Assembly (NCBI RefSeq): GCF_988242995.1
Contig: NZ_OZ547043.1
Strand: one strand, 5' to 3'
Length of the DNA: 64,000 bases
In this document: positions 27,423 to 38,852 of the stretch, in pieces
How positions within the stretch are numbered: position 1 is the first letter of the stretch
Layout: every line of letters starts with the position of its first letter
The notes under the pieces: model-generated
Told to the model about the DNA's origin: nothing
The model's database searches: none
The model's input: only the letters and a program-made list of their open reading frames with translations
Translations under genes and position numbers: made by a program

Positions 27423-27845
27423 AGCACGTCCTCTGGTAAAAAATTACCAACCCTGTCAATCCACAAGAATATAGATACTGCAAAGACGGTTTAAACATGT
27501 GTTCATATTTAAACATGTGCTCATAGTATGCATGTTTTACGTAAAGTAAATTACCGCCAGAGAGGCAAAATGGGCAGATTTGAGCAGGCTCACAAAACGC
27601 GATTAAATGCCTGAATTATAAAAACGGGGAATTTGTGACGGGATGCACAGAACAGGAACAATAAAAAAGGGCAGAAATTAATCTGCCCTTGAGGAAATAA
27701 CCTTAGTGTTTGATGAAGGTTTCAGGTTTCTACTAAAAGATAAAACCATTTAAATTCATAAAATTACATTCACAAACCGGTCATTCTCTTTGCGCGCATC
27801 AAATGTTACAGGGCAGGAAATTTCTGCCCTGTAACACACCTTTTA

Positions 27846-29537
27846 TTACGCTGCTTTCGCTACTGCGTCCACTTCCGGACGTTTCAGGAAGGCATAGGCC
27901 AGACCCGCCACCAGCGTACCGGCAATAATGGCTACCAGGTAACCCAGTACCGGCGTAATAGCGCCAGGGATCAGCAGAACAAACAGACCACCGTGCGGTG
28001 CCATCAGTTTCGCACCAATCGCCATTGAGATTGCGCCAGTCAGCGCCCCACCCACGATACAGCACGGCAGCACACGCATCGGATCACGAGCAGCAAACGG
28101 AATTGCACCTTCCGAAATGAAGCACAGTCCCAATACCAGAGCGGCTTTGCCACCTTCCTGCTGCGCTTTGTCGAATTTGCGACGCGCCACCATTGTTGCC
28201 AGGCCCATTGCCAGCGGTGGCACCATACCTGCCGCCATAATCGCCGCCATCGGGCCATAGGTTTGAGTACTCAGCAGACCCACACCGAATGCGTACGCTG
28301 CTTTGTTTACCGGACCGCCCATGTCAGTACACATCATGCCACCGAGGATCGCCCCCAGCAGAACCGCATTCGCAGTCCCCATGGTCTGCAGCCAGTGAGT
28401 CAACCCTTCGAGAATGCCAGCAACCGGTTTACCGATCAGGTAGATCATCGCCAGACCGACCACCAGACTGGAAATTAGCGGAATGATCAGAATCGGTTTC
28501 AGCGCCTCCATACTCTGTGGCAGTTTCAATTGCGTACTGATTAACTTCGCAATGTAACCAGCCAGGAAGCCCGCAATAATACCGCCAATGAAGCCAGAAC
28601 CAGTGCTGACCGCCAGCATACCGCCAATCAGACCCGGCGTGAGACCCGGACGATCGGCAATGGAGAAGGCAATATAACCTGCCAGTACCGGCACCATCAG
28701 CGCAAAGGCTGAACCACCACCAATCTGCATCAGCGCCGCTGCCAACGTACCCGGCTCTTTAAACGCTTCGATACCAAAAGCAAAAGAAAGCGCGATACAC
28801 AGACCACCTGCAACGACCATCGGCAGCATGTAAGAGACGCCCGTCAGCAAGTGACGATAAGCGCCTGCACTCTCTTTCTTACCTTCAGTGGTCGCCGTTT
28901 GAGCTTTGCCCGCCGGTTCATACGGCGTTGCTTCAGCAACCGCTTTATCCAGTTCCTGCGCGGTTTTCTTCAGCGCCAGACCGGTAGAGGTGCGATACAT
29001 CGGTTTACCAGCAAATTTCGCCAGATCCACTTCAATATCTGCCGCCACAATCACCAGATCCGCTGCGGCTACTTCTTCAGGGGTGATTGCATTACCCGCG
29101 CCAACCGAACCACGGGTTTCAACTTTCACCCACCAGCCACGTTTTTTCGCTTCGGTTTCAATGGCTTCAGCCGCCATAAAGGTGTGTGCTACGCCAGTCG
29201 GGCAAGCAGTCACCGCAACTACGCGTTTCGGACCGCTGGCGGCAACCGGTGCTGTCGCAGCGACCGGCGCAGTGTAAGGTTTTGCATGGCCTTTGGCTTC
29301 ACTCAGGAACAGCTCAGGGTGCGCAACTGCCCGGGAAATATCGCCCAGCCAAACATTTTTACCGTTCAGCGCGCTGTCGTTCGGGATGGAATCACCGAGA
29401 ACAATCGCCATTTCAGCGTCGTTCGGATTGTCGATGATTTCCAGTTTTGCTTTTCGCGCCGCCGCGCCCAGCAGGGTCTTCGCCATATAGGCGCGTGCCT
29501 GACCGAGATTAGCGTCAATAATCAGCAGCGTTTTCAT
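27846..29537 (-). CDS. fruA: PTS fructose-specific EIIB'BC component
   Basis: 563-aa ORF; recognised FruA sequence. Confidence 0.92.
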   Translation of the reverse strand: MKTLLIIDANLGQARAYMAKTLLGAAARKAKLEIIDNPNDAEMAIVLGDSIPNDSALNGKNVWLGDISRAVAHPELFLSEAKGHAKPYTAPVAATAPVAASGPKRVVAVTACPTGVAHTFMAAEAIETEAKKRGWWVKVETRGSVGAGNAITPEEVAAADLVIVAADIEVDLAKFAGKPMYRTSTGLALKKTAQELDKAVAEATPYEPAGKAQTATTEGKKESAGAYRHLLTGVSYMLPMVVAGGLCIALSFAFGIEAFKEPGTLAAALMQIGGGSAFALMVPVLAGYIAFSIADRPGLTPGLIGGMLAVSTGSGFIGGIIAGFLAGYIAKLISTQLKLPQSMEALKPILIIPLISSLVVGLAMIYLIGKPVAGILEGLTHWLQTMGTANAVLLGAILGGMMCTDMGGPVNKAAYAFGVGLLSTQTYGPMAAIMAAGMVPPLAMGLATMVARRKFDKAQQEGGKAALVLGLCFISEGAIPFAARDPMRVLPCCIVGGALTGAISMAIGAKLMAPHGGLFVLLIPGAITPVLGYLVAIIAGTLVAGLAYAFLKRPEVDAVAKAA

Positions 29538-29553
29538 TATGCCTCTCCTGCTG

Positions 29554-30492
29554 TCAGTTAAAAGGTTGTAAGTCGACGCGCGCCATCATTGCGGCCAACT
29601 GCGGACGATCGGTAATACCCACATTGCTTTGACTTACCGCCAGGGCTGCAACAGCTGTCGCCAGACGCAGTGTGTGTTCACTGGATTCACGCATCAGCAA
29701 GCCATAAATCAGGCCACCAACCATAGAATCCCCTGCGCCAACGGTGCTTACGACATCGACTGACGGTGGTTTGGCGATCCATTCGCCGGAGGCATTAACC
29801 CAAAGCGCGCCTTCGGCACCCAGTGAAATAACGACATGCGCGATACCTTGTTCACGCAGCGCATGCGCAGCTTCAATCACATCTTTCATTTCAGGCAGTT
29901 TACGGCCCGCCCAGATTTCCAGCTCGCGGCGGTTAGGTTTCACCAGCCACGGTGCCGCTTTCAAACCTGCCACTAACGCTTCACGGCTACTATCAAAGAT
30001 AATGCAAGGACACTGACTACGCAGGCGAGTCATCCAGTCGGTGAACGCTTCCGGGCTGACGCCTGACGGTAAGCTTCCGCTGACACAGACCATATCGAAC
30101 TGACCGAGCCAGCTCAGAGAATCAGTCACAAAGCGTTCCCAGTCGGCGGGGGTAACTTCAAAACCCGAGAAGTTGAAGTCGGTCACTTCGCCGTCTTTTT
30201 CCGTCAGCTTAACGTTAATTCGGGTGCGCCCCTGTACAACCTGGAAACGGTTGGCAATGCCCAGCTCGCTGAACAGTTGCTGAAAACCATCCTGATTGTC
30301 TTTACCGAGGAAGCCGCCAACGGTGACATCAATTCCCAGGTCTTTTAATACTTTGGCCACGTTGATGCCTTTACCCGCCGCATGCAGACCGGTGGTTTTC
30401 ACCAGGTTCACTTCGCCGCGTTCAATTTCCGGGCAGAAACCAACAAGGTCATAAGCCGGATTAAGGGTGATAGTAGCAACACGTCTGCTCAT
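29554..30492 (-). CDS. fruK: 1-phosphofructokinase
   Basis: 312-aa ORF; PfkB family; between fruB and fruA. Confidence 0.92.
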   Translation of the reverse strand: MSRRVATITLNPAYDLVGFCPEIERGEVNLVKTTGLHAAGKGINVAKVLKDLGIDVTVGGFLGKDNQDGFQQLFSELGIANRFQVVQGRTRINVKLTEKDGEVTDFNFSGFEVTPADWERFVTDSLSWLGQFDMVCVSGSLPSGVSPEAFTDWMTRLRSQCPCIIFDSSREALVAGLKAAPWLVKPNRRELEIWAGRKLPEMKDVIEAAHALREQGIAHVVISLGAEGALWVNASGEWIAKPPSVDVVSTVGAGDSMVGGLIYGLLMRESSEHTLRLATAVAALAVSQSNVGITDRPQLAAMMARVDLQPFN

Positions 30493-31622
30493 TATGCGCC
30501 CTCCCCAAGACCAGCAGCGATAGCGTCGCCGATTGCTTTCAGCGCCTGTTCAGCATCTGCACCCTGGGCGGTAAAGCGTAGGCGATGACCTTTCTTAACG
30601 CCAAGTGCCACAACTTTCATCAGACTACGTCCGTTTGCCGGTTTGCCGGTGCCATCAAGGTTTGTCACGGTAATATCACTGTTAAATTGTTTAATGGTAT
30701 TGACCAGCATGGTACCTGGACGAGCATGCAGGCCGTGTTCATTGCGCACCACAAACTCCGCGCTTAACACGTCGTCGGTCGGCGCATCATCGCTGGTCAG
30801 CAACGCCAGCAACGTTGCCGCATCCGCTTTCAGCAAGCGGTCAGCTTTATTGTCGAGTAACAAATCAGCGAGACGCTTTAGAACCGCAATGGGCTGATCG
30901 TCATTCATCGCCACACTCACCAGCATGGCTGCCGTTTCGCCGTCCACATCAAAAGCATTTGCCGCACGGCTTACCGCAATCGCGCTACGCAGATTGCCTT
31001 CGGCACTATCGCTCAGCCAGATACCCTGTCCGAGGTTCAGCGGTTGTTCATTGATGGCTTTGGTGACGAAAGTGGCGTCAACTGCCCCCGCCTCTTTCAG
31101 ACGAGCAGCGTTCAGCGCCTGAAGAGTCAGCAGATCGCTGGCGACGATATCCAGCGTCAGCATTTCGTTGTCGAGCTTCAGCTGCTCACTCTGCTTTTCG
31201 CCCATCAGCAATGCGCGAAGTTCTTCTGCTGTTGTTGCTGACTTCAGTTGTTCAGCAACGGAATCATCGCTCAGTACGTGGGTCAGCTGGCGTAGCAGGC
31301 CCAGATGTTCATCCGAGCTGGCAGCAATACCGATCGCCACGTACGCTACCTGGCCGTCACCCCAGGTGACGCCTTCCGGGAACTGAAATACCTGAACGCC
31401 GGTTTTCAGCACCTGATCGCGGGTGTCGGTAGTGCCGTGTGGAATAGCAATACCATTGCCGAGGAACGTAGAGGTTTGCTGTTCGCGCGCCAGCATGCCA
31501 TTGACGTAGCCTTCAGCTACATTACCGGCCTGCACCAGCGCCGCAGCGACCTGGCGAATCGCCTCTTCTTTGTCTCCGGCCTTTTCGCCCGGATGGATGT
31601 CCTGTACGGATAACTGGAACAT
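30492..31622 (-). CDS. fruB: PTS fructose-specific EIIA/FPr (diphosphoryl transfer protein)
   Basis: 376-aa ORF; C-terminal HPr-like domain (…HGLHARP…). Confidence 0.92.
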
Positions 31623-31635
31623 AGTTCTCCTCTCT

Positions 31636-31657
31636 TGCTGAATTGAAACGATTCAGC
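31636..31657 (-). promoter_or_regulatory. Cra (FruR)-like operator in fruB leader
   Basis: GCTGAATTGAAACGATTCAGC, an imperfect palindrome resembling the Cra box TGAAACGTTTCA. Confidence 0.55.
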
Positions 31658-31707
31658 TTCTATGAGAAAAAAAGCGCCAACCTGGCTTAGGGTTAAAGAC
31701 AAGATCG

Positions 31708-31723
31708 CGCTGAAACGTTTCAA
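31708..31723 (-). promoter_or_regulatory. Cra (FruR) operator in fruBKA promoter
   Basis: GCTGAAACGTTTCAAG, a near-perfect match to the Cra consensus palindrome. Confidence 0.65.
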
Positions 31724-31989
31724 GAAAGCATAATACTTCTGTTTCAGCACGCAAGGAAAGCCGTAAAGTTATGAGCAAAAGTTTGATGTGCTGCACAATT
31801 TTTTGTCATTTTTCCTAATTGCTGATGGGAAAATCCGTTATCAGCAATTTCATTTCAGCAGCGTCAGCAGCCAATCAGCAACAGTGAAATGGCATTTTGA
31901 TTATTCGTGGCGCTTTTGATTTCGCTGTCTGTTTATTTTCTGACAAGCAGCGTAAACTCCGCGTCTTCCTCTTCCAGTGATCGACCAGC

Positions 31990-33171
31990 ATGCATAACTC
32001 CCCCGCAGTCTCCAGCGCGAAATCGTTTGATCTGACCTCGACGGCGTTTTTAATCGTTGCCTTTCTCACCGGTATTGCGGGCGCTCTGCAAACCCCGACA
32101 CTCAGTATTTTTCTTACCGATGAAGTACATGCCCGTCCGGCGATGGTGGGATTCTTCTTTACCGGCAGCGCTGTCATTGGGATTCTGGTGAGTCAGTTTC
32201 TCGCCGGGCGCTCTGATAAGCGCGGCGATCGCAAATCGCTGATTGTCTTTTGCTGCCTGTTAGGCGTGCTGGCCTGCACTCTTTTTGCCTGGAATCGCAA
32301 CTACTTTGTTTTGCTATTCGTTGGCGTCTTTCTTAGCAGCTTTGGCTCGACTGCTAACCCGCAAATGTTTGCCCTCGCCCGTGAACATGCTGACAAAACC
32401 GGACGTGAAGCGGTGATGTTCAGCTCTTTTTTACGCGCTCAGGTTTCACTGGCATGGGTCATTGGCCCGCCGCTGGCTTATGCCTTAGCGATGGGTTTCA
32501 GCTTTACAGTAATGTATCTGAGCGCAGCGGTAGCGTTTATTGTTTGCGGCGTGATGGTGTGGCTGTTTTTACCGTCGATGCAAAAAGAACTTCCACTGGC
32601 GACCGGCACGGTTGAAGCGCCGCGCCGTAACCGTCGCGATACGCTGCTGCTGTTTGTCATTTGTACATTGATGTGGGGCTCGAACAGCCTGTACATCATC
32701 AACATGCCGCTATTTATTATCAACGAACTGCATCTTCCCGAGAAACTGGCCGGTGTGATGATGGGAACCGCCGCCGGGCTGGAAATCCCGACCATGTTGA
32801 TTGCCGGATATTTCGCCAAACGTCTGGGTAAGCGTTTCTTAATGCGCGTTGCTGCCGTGGGTGGCGTCTGTTTTTACGCAGGAATGCTGATGGCGCATTC
32901 ACCTGTCATTCTGTTGGGCTTGCAGCTGCTTAATGCTATTTTTATTGGCATTCTGGGCGGCATCGGGATGCTCTATTTTCAGGATTTGATGCCCGGTCAG
33001 GCAGGTTCAGCCACCACGCTCTATACCAACACGTCGCGCGTGGGCTGGATCATCGCAGGATCAGTGGCGGGCATCGTCGCCGAGATCTGGAATTATCACG
33101 CTGTGTTCTGGTTCGCGATGGTGATGATTATCGCCACTCTGTTTTGCTTACTGCGGATTAAAGATGTTTAA
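31990..33171 (+). CDS. setB: sugar efflux transporter (MFS)
   Basis: 393-aa 12-TM ORF; recognised SetB sequence. Confidence 0.88.
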
Positions 33172-33422
33172 GGCGCGGTCAGCATTTCCAGATCGATAAG
33201 CCAGGTCATTGCCTGCTGACGCGAGTTACCGCACATTTCAGCGCTGGCTTGTAAGCCCGCACAAACTTTCGGTCGCAGTGGCGAGGTGAAAATTTTACAG
33301 CGTTGCTGTTCATCAAGCTGAATGCAGGGCGTATTGGCGGGCTTGCCATCTGGCATACCGGGAATAGGGCTGGAAATTGAAGGGGCAGTGCAACACGCCC
33401 CGCAACCCGGACGGCATTCCAT
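33168..33422 (-). CDS. yeiW: cysteine-rich UPF0153 protein YeiW
   Basis: 84-aa product from internal Met ([11 protein letters not shown]…); the listed 128-aa ORF is an upstream extension; 3' end overlaps setB by 4 nt. Confidence 0.75.
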
Positions 33423-33576
33423 ACGTTGTTCTCTTAAGGTTAACCACCGGATTGATGAGCGCGCACAGTACCACCTTTTTTGCACCAGCAAAAGTGCGAA
33501 TACCACTTGCCCGAAAGGCCCGTCGCGAGTACTTTGTCGCGATATTTTTGACATTTTCGACTACAGGAATTTTTCG

Positions 33577-34149
33577 ATGCCAAGAGCGAACGAAATTAAA
33601 AAAGGTATGGTACTGAATTACAACGGCAAACTGCTGCTGGTTAAGGACATTGATATTCAGTCGCCCACTGCCCGCGGTGCCGCTACGCTGTACAAAATGC
33701 GTTTTTCTGATGTCCGTACCGGGCTGAAAGTAGAAGAGCGTTTCAAAGGAGATGATATCGTTGACACCGTGACTCTGACCCGCCGTTACGTTGACTTCTC
33801 CTATGTCGATGGTAACGAATATGTCTTTATGGATAAAGAAGACTATACCCCGTATACCTTCACCAAAGATCAGATTGAAGAAGAGTTGCTGTTTATGCCA
33901 GAGGGCGGCATGCCGGACATGCAGGTGCTGACCTGGGACGGTCAACTGCTGGCGCTTGAGCTGCCGCAGACCGTTGATCTGGAAATCGTTGAAACCGCAC
34001 CTGGCATCAAAGGGGCATCTGCCAGCGCCCGTAACAAACCGGCGACATTGAGCACTGGTCTGGTGATTCAGGTACCAGAATACTTAAGCCCGGGCGAAAA
34101 AATTCGTATCCATATCGAAGAACGCCGTTATATGGGGCGTGCTGACTAA
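33577..34149 (+). CDS. yeiP: elongation factor P-like protein
   Basis: 190-aa product from ATG at 33577 ([13 protein letters not shown]…); the listed 275-aa ORF is an upstream extension. Confidence 0.88.
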
Positions 34150-34165
34150 CTTCAGCCGCATGCAG

Positions 34166-34196
34166 AAAAGGGATAGCTCAGGCTGTCCCTTTTTTA
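34166..34196 (+). terminator. rho-independent terminator after yeiP
   Basis: hairpin GGGATAGCTCAGGCTGTCCC followed by TTTTTT. Confidence 0.55.
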
Positions 34197-34371
34197 ATTT
34201 ATTATACCAATCTTCTATTTTGCGCTTCCTGAACACCTTACGCCCGCAATATTCACTCGTTGATTGATCGCCCTCACACTTCATCGCATTAACAATCCAG
34301 ACCAATTTCAATTGCTGTCATATAACTTTACACTGTCATTGTTAATTAATCGTTACTAAGACGTGACTCCT

Positions 34372-35838
34372 ATGAATACAATCGCCTCCGTTACGCTCCC
34401 GCATCATGTACACGCTCCACGCTACGATCGCCAGCAGTTGCAATCACGTATCGTTCATTTTGGCTTTGGTGCCTTTCACCGCGCACATCAGGCATTACTG
34501 ACCGATCGTGTGCTGAATGCCCAGGGCGGCGACTGGGGGATCTGTGAAATCAGCTTGTTCAGCGGCGATCAACTGATGAGCCAGCTCCGCGCACAGAACC
34601 ATTTATATACCGTGCTGGAGAAAGGGGCGGACGGCAATCAGGCGATAATTGTCGGTGCCGTTCACGAATGCCTGAATGCAAAACTGGATTCCTTAGCGGC
34701 AATTATTGAGAAATTTTGCGAGCCACAGGTGGCAATTGTTTCCCTGACGATTACCGAAAAAGGCTATTGTATTGACCCAGCCACCGGTGCACTCGACACC
34801 AGCAATCCGCGGATTATTCACGATCTACAAAACCCTGAAGAACCTCACTCCGCACCGGGTATTCTCGTCGAAGCACTGAAACGCCGCCGTGAGCGCGGCC
34901 TTACACCGTTTACCGTGCTCTCCTGCGACAATATTCCCGACAATGGCCATGTGGTGAAAAACGCGGTGCTGGGAATGGCAGAAAAACGTTCGCCAGAACT
35001 CGCCGGGTGGATAAAAGAACACGTCAGTTTTCCGGGAACCATGGTCGACCGTATTGTTCCGGCAGCAACCGACGAATCACTGGCGGAAATCAGCCAGCAT
35101 CTGGGGGTGAATGATCCCTGCGCGATTAGCTGCGAACCGTTTATCCAGTGGGTGGTGGAAGATAACTTCGTCGCTGGGCGTCCTGCCTGGGAAGTCGCAG
35201 GTGTACAAATGGTGAATGATGTCCTGCCATGGGAAGAGATGAAACTGCGGATGCTTAATGGCAGCCACTCTTTTCTCGCTTATCTGGGTTACCTCTCAGG
35301 ATTCGCGCACATCAGTGATTGCATGCAGGATCGCGCATTTCGCCATGCCGCCAGAGCATTAATGCTGGATGAACAAGCGCCGACACTGCGAATTAAAGAT
35401 GTCGATTTAACACAATATGCGGATAAGTTAATTGCACGTTTTGCTAACCCGGCGCTGAAACATAAGACCTGGCAAATCGCAATGGATGGTAGCCAGAAAT
35501 TACCGCAACGCATGCTGGCAGGTATTCGCATACATCTGGGGCGCGAAACGGACTGGTCGATGCTGGCATTAGGCGTTGCAGGCTGGATGCGTTACGTCAG
35601 CGGCGTTGATGATGCCGGAAATGCCATTGATGTTCGCGATCCGCTTAGCGATAAAATTCGCGAACTTGTTGCGGGCAGCAGCAGTGAACAACGCGTCACC
35701 GCCCTGCTTTCTCTGCGTGAAGTTTTCGGTGATGATCTGCCAGATAACCCGCATTTTGTGCAGGCCATCGAACAAGCCTGGCAACAAATCGTACAATTCG
35801 GCGCACATCAGGCGCTATTAAACACCCTCAAAATTTAA
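34372..35838 (+). CDS. yeiQ: mannitol dehydrogenase-family oxidoreductase
   Basis: 488-aa product from ATG at 34372 (the listed ORF starts at an upstream GTG); long-chain mannitol/fructuronate reductase-like. Confidence 0.85.
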   Translation: MNTIASVTLPHHVHAPRYDRQQLQSRIVHFGFGAFHRAHQALLTDRVLNAQGGDWGICEISLFSGDQLMSQLRAQNHLYTVLEKGADGNQAIIVGAVHECLNAKLDSLAAIIEKFCEPQVAIVSLTITEKGYCIDPATGALDTSNPRIIHDLQNPEEPHSAPGILVEALKRRRERGLTPFTVLSCDNIPDNGHVVKNAVLGMAEKRSPELAGWIKEHVSFPGTMVDRIVPAATDESLAEISQHLGVNDPCAISCEPFIQWVVEDNFVAGRPAWEVAGVQMVNDVLPWEEMKLRMLNGSHSFLAYLGYLSGFAHISDCMQDRAFRHAARALMLDEQAPTLRIKDVDLTQYADKLIARFANPALKHKTWQIAMDGSQKLPQRMLAGIRIHLGRETDWSMLALGVAGWMRYVSGVDDAGNAIDVRDPLSDKIRELVAGSSSEQRVTALLSLREVFGDDLPDNPHFVQAIEQAWQQIVQFGAHQALLNTLKI

Positions 35839-35955
35839 CGATTTCTGCGGTTAAAGCGGATGAAGCTCGCCTTCGTCCGCTCTCCCCTTCTCTTTTCTGC
35901 CTTTTTTAGCCAGGATTAACGCTCAGTTAACTTACCAGAGTATTGCGGAGCCGTT

Positions 35956-36942
35956 GTGACCAGGACCAACCTCATCACCGGTTTTCTCGGCAGCGGGAAA
36001 ACCACGTCGATTCTTCATCTGTTAGCCCATAAAGATCCCAACGAAAAATGGGCGGTACTGGTTAATGAATTTGGGGAAGTCGGAATTGATGGTGCTTTGC
36101 TCGCCGATAGCGGCGCATTGCTGAAAGAGATCCCCGGCGGCTGCATGTGCTGCGTTAATGGTTTACCCATGCAGGTAGGGTTGAATACCTTACTGCGTCA
36201 GGGAAAACCAGACCGCTTGTTGATAGAACCGACCGGGCTGGGTCATCCGAAACAGATCCTCGATCTCTTAACCGCGCCAGTCTATGAACCGTGGATAGAT
36301 CTGCGCGCCACCTTGTGCATTCTCGATCCACGCCTGCTGCTGGACGAAAAAAGCGCCAGCAATGAAAACTTCCGTGACCAGCTGGCTGCCGCAGACATTA
36401 TTGTCGCCAATAAATCCGACCGTGCGACGCCCGAAAGTGAGCAAGCGCTACAGCGCTGGTGGCAGCAAAATGGTGGCGATCGACAATTAATTCACAGTGA
36501 GCATGGGAAAGTTGACGGTCATCTTCTGGATTTGCCGCGTCGCAATTTAGCCGAGTTGCCCGCCAGCGCCGCGCATTCTCATCAGCATGGCGTGAAAAAA
36601 GGGTTAGCAGCGTTAAGCCTGCCAGAGCATCAACGCTGGCGTCGCAGTCTGAACAGCGGGCAAGGATATCAGGCCTGCGGCTGGATATTCGACGCTGATA
36701 CGGTATTCGACACCATTGGCATTCTGGAATGGGCGCGACTTGCACCGGTAGAACGCGTCAAAGGCGTGCTGCGTATTCCCGAAGGGCTGGTGCGAATCAA
36801 CCGTCAGGGCGATGACCTGCACATTGAAACGCAAAACGTTGCGCCACCGGACAGTCGTATTGAGCTGATTTCCAGCAGCGAAGCTGACTGGAATGCCTTG
36901 CAGAGCGCGCTGTTGAAGCTTCGTTTAGCGACTACCGCGTAA
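35956..36942 (+). CDS. yeiR: zinc-binding GTPase (COG0523 family)
   Basis: 328-aa ORF; GTG start; Walker A GFLGSGKTT and CxCC metal motif (GGCMCCV). Confidence 0.85.
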   Translation: MTRTNLITGFLGSGKTTSILHLLAHKDPNEKWAVLVNEFGEVGIDGALLADSGALLKEIPGGCMCCVNGLPMQVGLNTLLRQGKPDRLLIEPTGLGHPKQILDLLTAPVYEPWIDLRATLCILDPRLLLDEKSASNENFRDQLAAADIIVANKSDRATPESEQALQRWWQQNGGDRQLIHSEHGKVDGHLLDLPRRNLAELPASAAHSHQHGVKKGLAALSLPEHQRWRRSLNSGQGYQACGWIFDADTVFDTIGILEWARLAPVERVKGVLRIPEGLVRINRQGDDLHIETQNVAPPDSRIELISSSEADWNALQSALLKLRLATTA

Positions 36943-36980
36943 GGTTGCCTGCGTTTTTCAGTAAGATAATTAGAGAAAAT

Positions 36981-37694
36981 ATGATTAAAAATTTGCCGCA
37001 AATAGTGTTGTTGAATATTGTCGGCCTCGCGCTGTTTCTTTCCTGGTATATTCCCGTTAATCATGGATTCTGGTTGCCGATTGATGCGGATATTTTTTAT
37101 TTCTTTAATCAGAAACTGGTCGAAAGTAAGGCCTTTTTGTGGCTGGTTGCATTGACCAACAATCGCGCTTTCGACGGTTGTTCTCTGCTGGCGATGGGAA
37201 TGTTGATGCTGAGTTTCTGGCTGAAAGAAAACGCCCCTGGCAGACGACGTATCGTGATTATTGGTCTGGTCATGCTATTAACTGCAGTGGTATTAAACCA
37301 GCTGGGTCAGGCATTAATTCCTGTAAAACGGGCCAGCCCAACATTGACTTTTACCGATATTAACCGCGTCAGCGAACTGCTCTCTGTCCCCACGAAAGAT
37401 GCCTCACGAGATAGCTTTCCCGGCGATCACGGCATGATGCTGCTTATTTTTTCGGCATTCATGTGGCGTTATTTCGGCAAAGTTGCAGGCCTTATCGCCC
37501 TTATTATTTTTGTGGTTTTTGCATTTCCCAGAGTAATGATTGGCGCACACTGGTTTACTGACATCATTGTCGGTTCGATGACCGTGATATTGATCGGTTT
37601 GCCCTGGGTGTTGCTGACGCCATTAAGTGATCGATTAATCACCTTTTTTGACAAATCACTACCGGGAAAAAACAAACATTTCCAAAACAAATAA
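36981..37694 (+). CDS. lpxT: lipid A 1-diphosphate synthase (PAP2 family)
   Basis: 237-aa product from ATG at 36981 (MIKNLPQIV…); membrane PAP2 phosphatase motifs. Confidence 0.85.
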   Translation: MIKNLPQIVLLNIVGLALFLSWYIPVNHGFWLPIDADIFYFFNQKLVESKAFLWLVALTNNRAFDGCSLLAMGMLMLSFWLKENAPGRRRIVIIGLVMLLTAVVLNQLGQALIPVKRASPTLTFTDINRVSELLSVPTKDASRDSFPGDHGMMLLIFSAFMWRYFGKVAGLIALIIFVVFAFPRVMIGAHWFTDIIVGSMTVILIGLPWVLLTPLSDRLITFFDKSLPGKNKHFQNK

Positions 37695-38105
37695 CTCACA
37701 GTAATTAACATCATCAGGGTTATTTTTATAGTGAGGATAATCCTGATGATGCGCACCGTGCTTTCATCCATCGCGCGCAAAAATCATTCTCTAAGTAAAT
37801 GAATGGATTGCATGCGTTTCACTCAATCGTACTTTAATTGACCAATCCCGTTTATTAACTTTCTGTATCACTTTTTCTTATAAAAAATCATGTAAAACCG
37901 CTCGCCAAGACCGCACCAATCGGGTAATCTCGAACTCGTTTTGCCTCGGCGGTAGATTATCCTCACAGCATATAATTTTGTGCGTTAGTCCACAGATTTG
38001 GCCTTAAGGAATTGTTTCAACATGCCCAGGTAATTAGTCTCGTGTCGCTTGGCATTTTTTTATAACGATATTTGTCGTTAAGGACTTCAAGGGAAAACAA
38101 ACAAC

Positions 38106-38672
38106 ATGGTCAAATCTCAACCGATTTTGAGATATATCTTGCGCGGGATCCCCGCGATTGCAGTAGCGGTTCTGCTTTCTGCATGTAGTGCAAATAACAC
38201 CGCAAAGAATATGCATCCTGAGACACGTGCAGTGGGTAGTGAAACATCATCACTGCAAGCTTCTCAGGATGAATTTGAAAACCTGGTTCGTAATGTCGAC
38301 GTAAAATCGCGAATTATGGATCAGTATGCTGACTGGAAAGGCGTACGCTATCGTCTGGGCGGCAGCACTAAAAAAGGTATCGATTGTTCTGGTTTCGTAC
38401 AGCGTACATTCCGTGAGCAATTTGGCTTAGAACTTCCGCGTTCGACTTACGAACAGCAGGAAATGGGTAAATCTGTTTCCCGCAGTAATTTGCGTACGGG
38501 TGATTTAGTTCTGTTCCGTGCCGGTTCAACGGGACGCCATGTCGGTATTTATATCGGCAACAATCAGTTTGTCCATGCTTCCACCAGCAGTGGTGTTATT
38601 ATTTCCAGCATGAATGAACCGTACTGGAAGAAGCGTTACAACGAAGCACGCCGGGTTCTCAGCCGCAGCTAA
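38106..38672 (+). CDS. mepS: murein DD-endopeptidase / NlpC-P60 lipoprotein
   Basis: 188-aa ORF with lipobox (LLSAC) and NlpC/P60 Cys-His motif (GIDCSGF…HVGIY). Confidence 0.9.
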
Positions 38673-38718
38673 TAAACCGTTTGGATGCAATCCCTTGGCT
38701 ATCCTGACGAGTTAACTG

Positions 38719-38747
38719 AAAGCACTGCTTAGGCAGTGCTTTTTTGT
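38719..38747 (+). terminator. rho-independent terminator after mepS
   Basis: hairpin AGCACTGC-TTAG-GCAGTGCT followed by TTTTTTG. Confidence 0.6.
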
Positions 38748-38852
38748 TTTCATTCATCAGAGAAAATGATGTTTCCGCGTCTTGATCTAGGCTATAGTCC
38801 GGTCATTGTTATCTTTTAAATGTTGTCGTAATTTCAGGAAATTAACGGAATC

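Noticed and set aside
28851-29561. 236-aa plus-strand ORF antisense to fruA (and other long antisense ORFs, e.g. 13932..14300 in cirA, 18137..18739 in yeiH, 54891..55445 in int)
   Set aside because: All lie wholly within confidently identified genes on the opposite strand and have Arg/Cys/Ser-rich low-complexity translations; treated as spurious.
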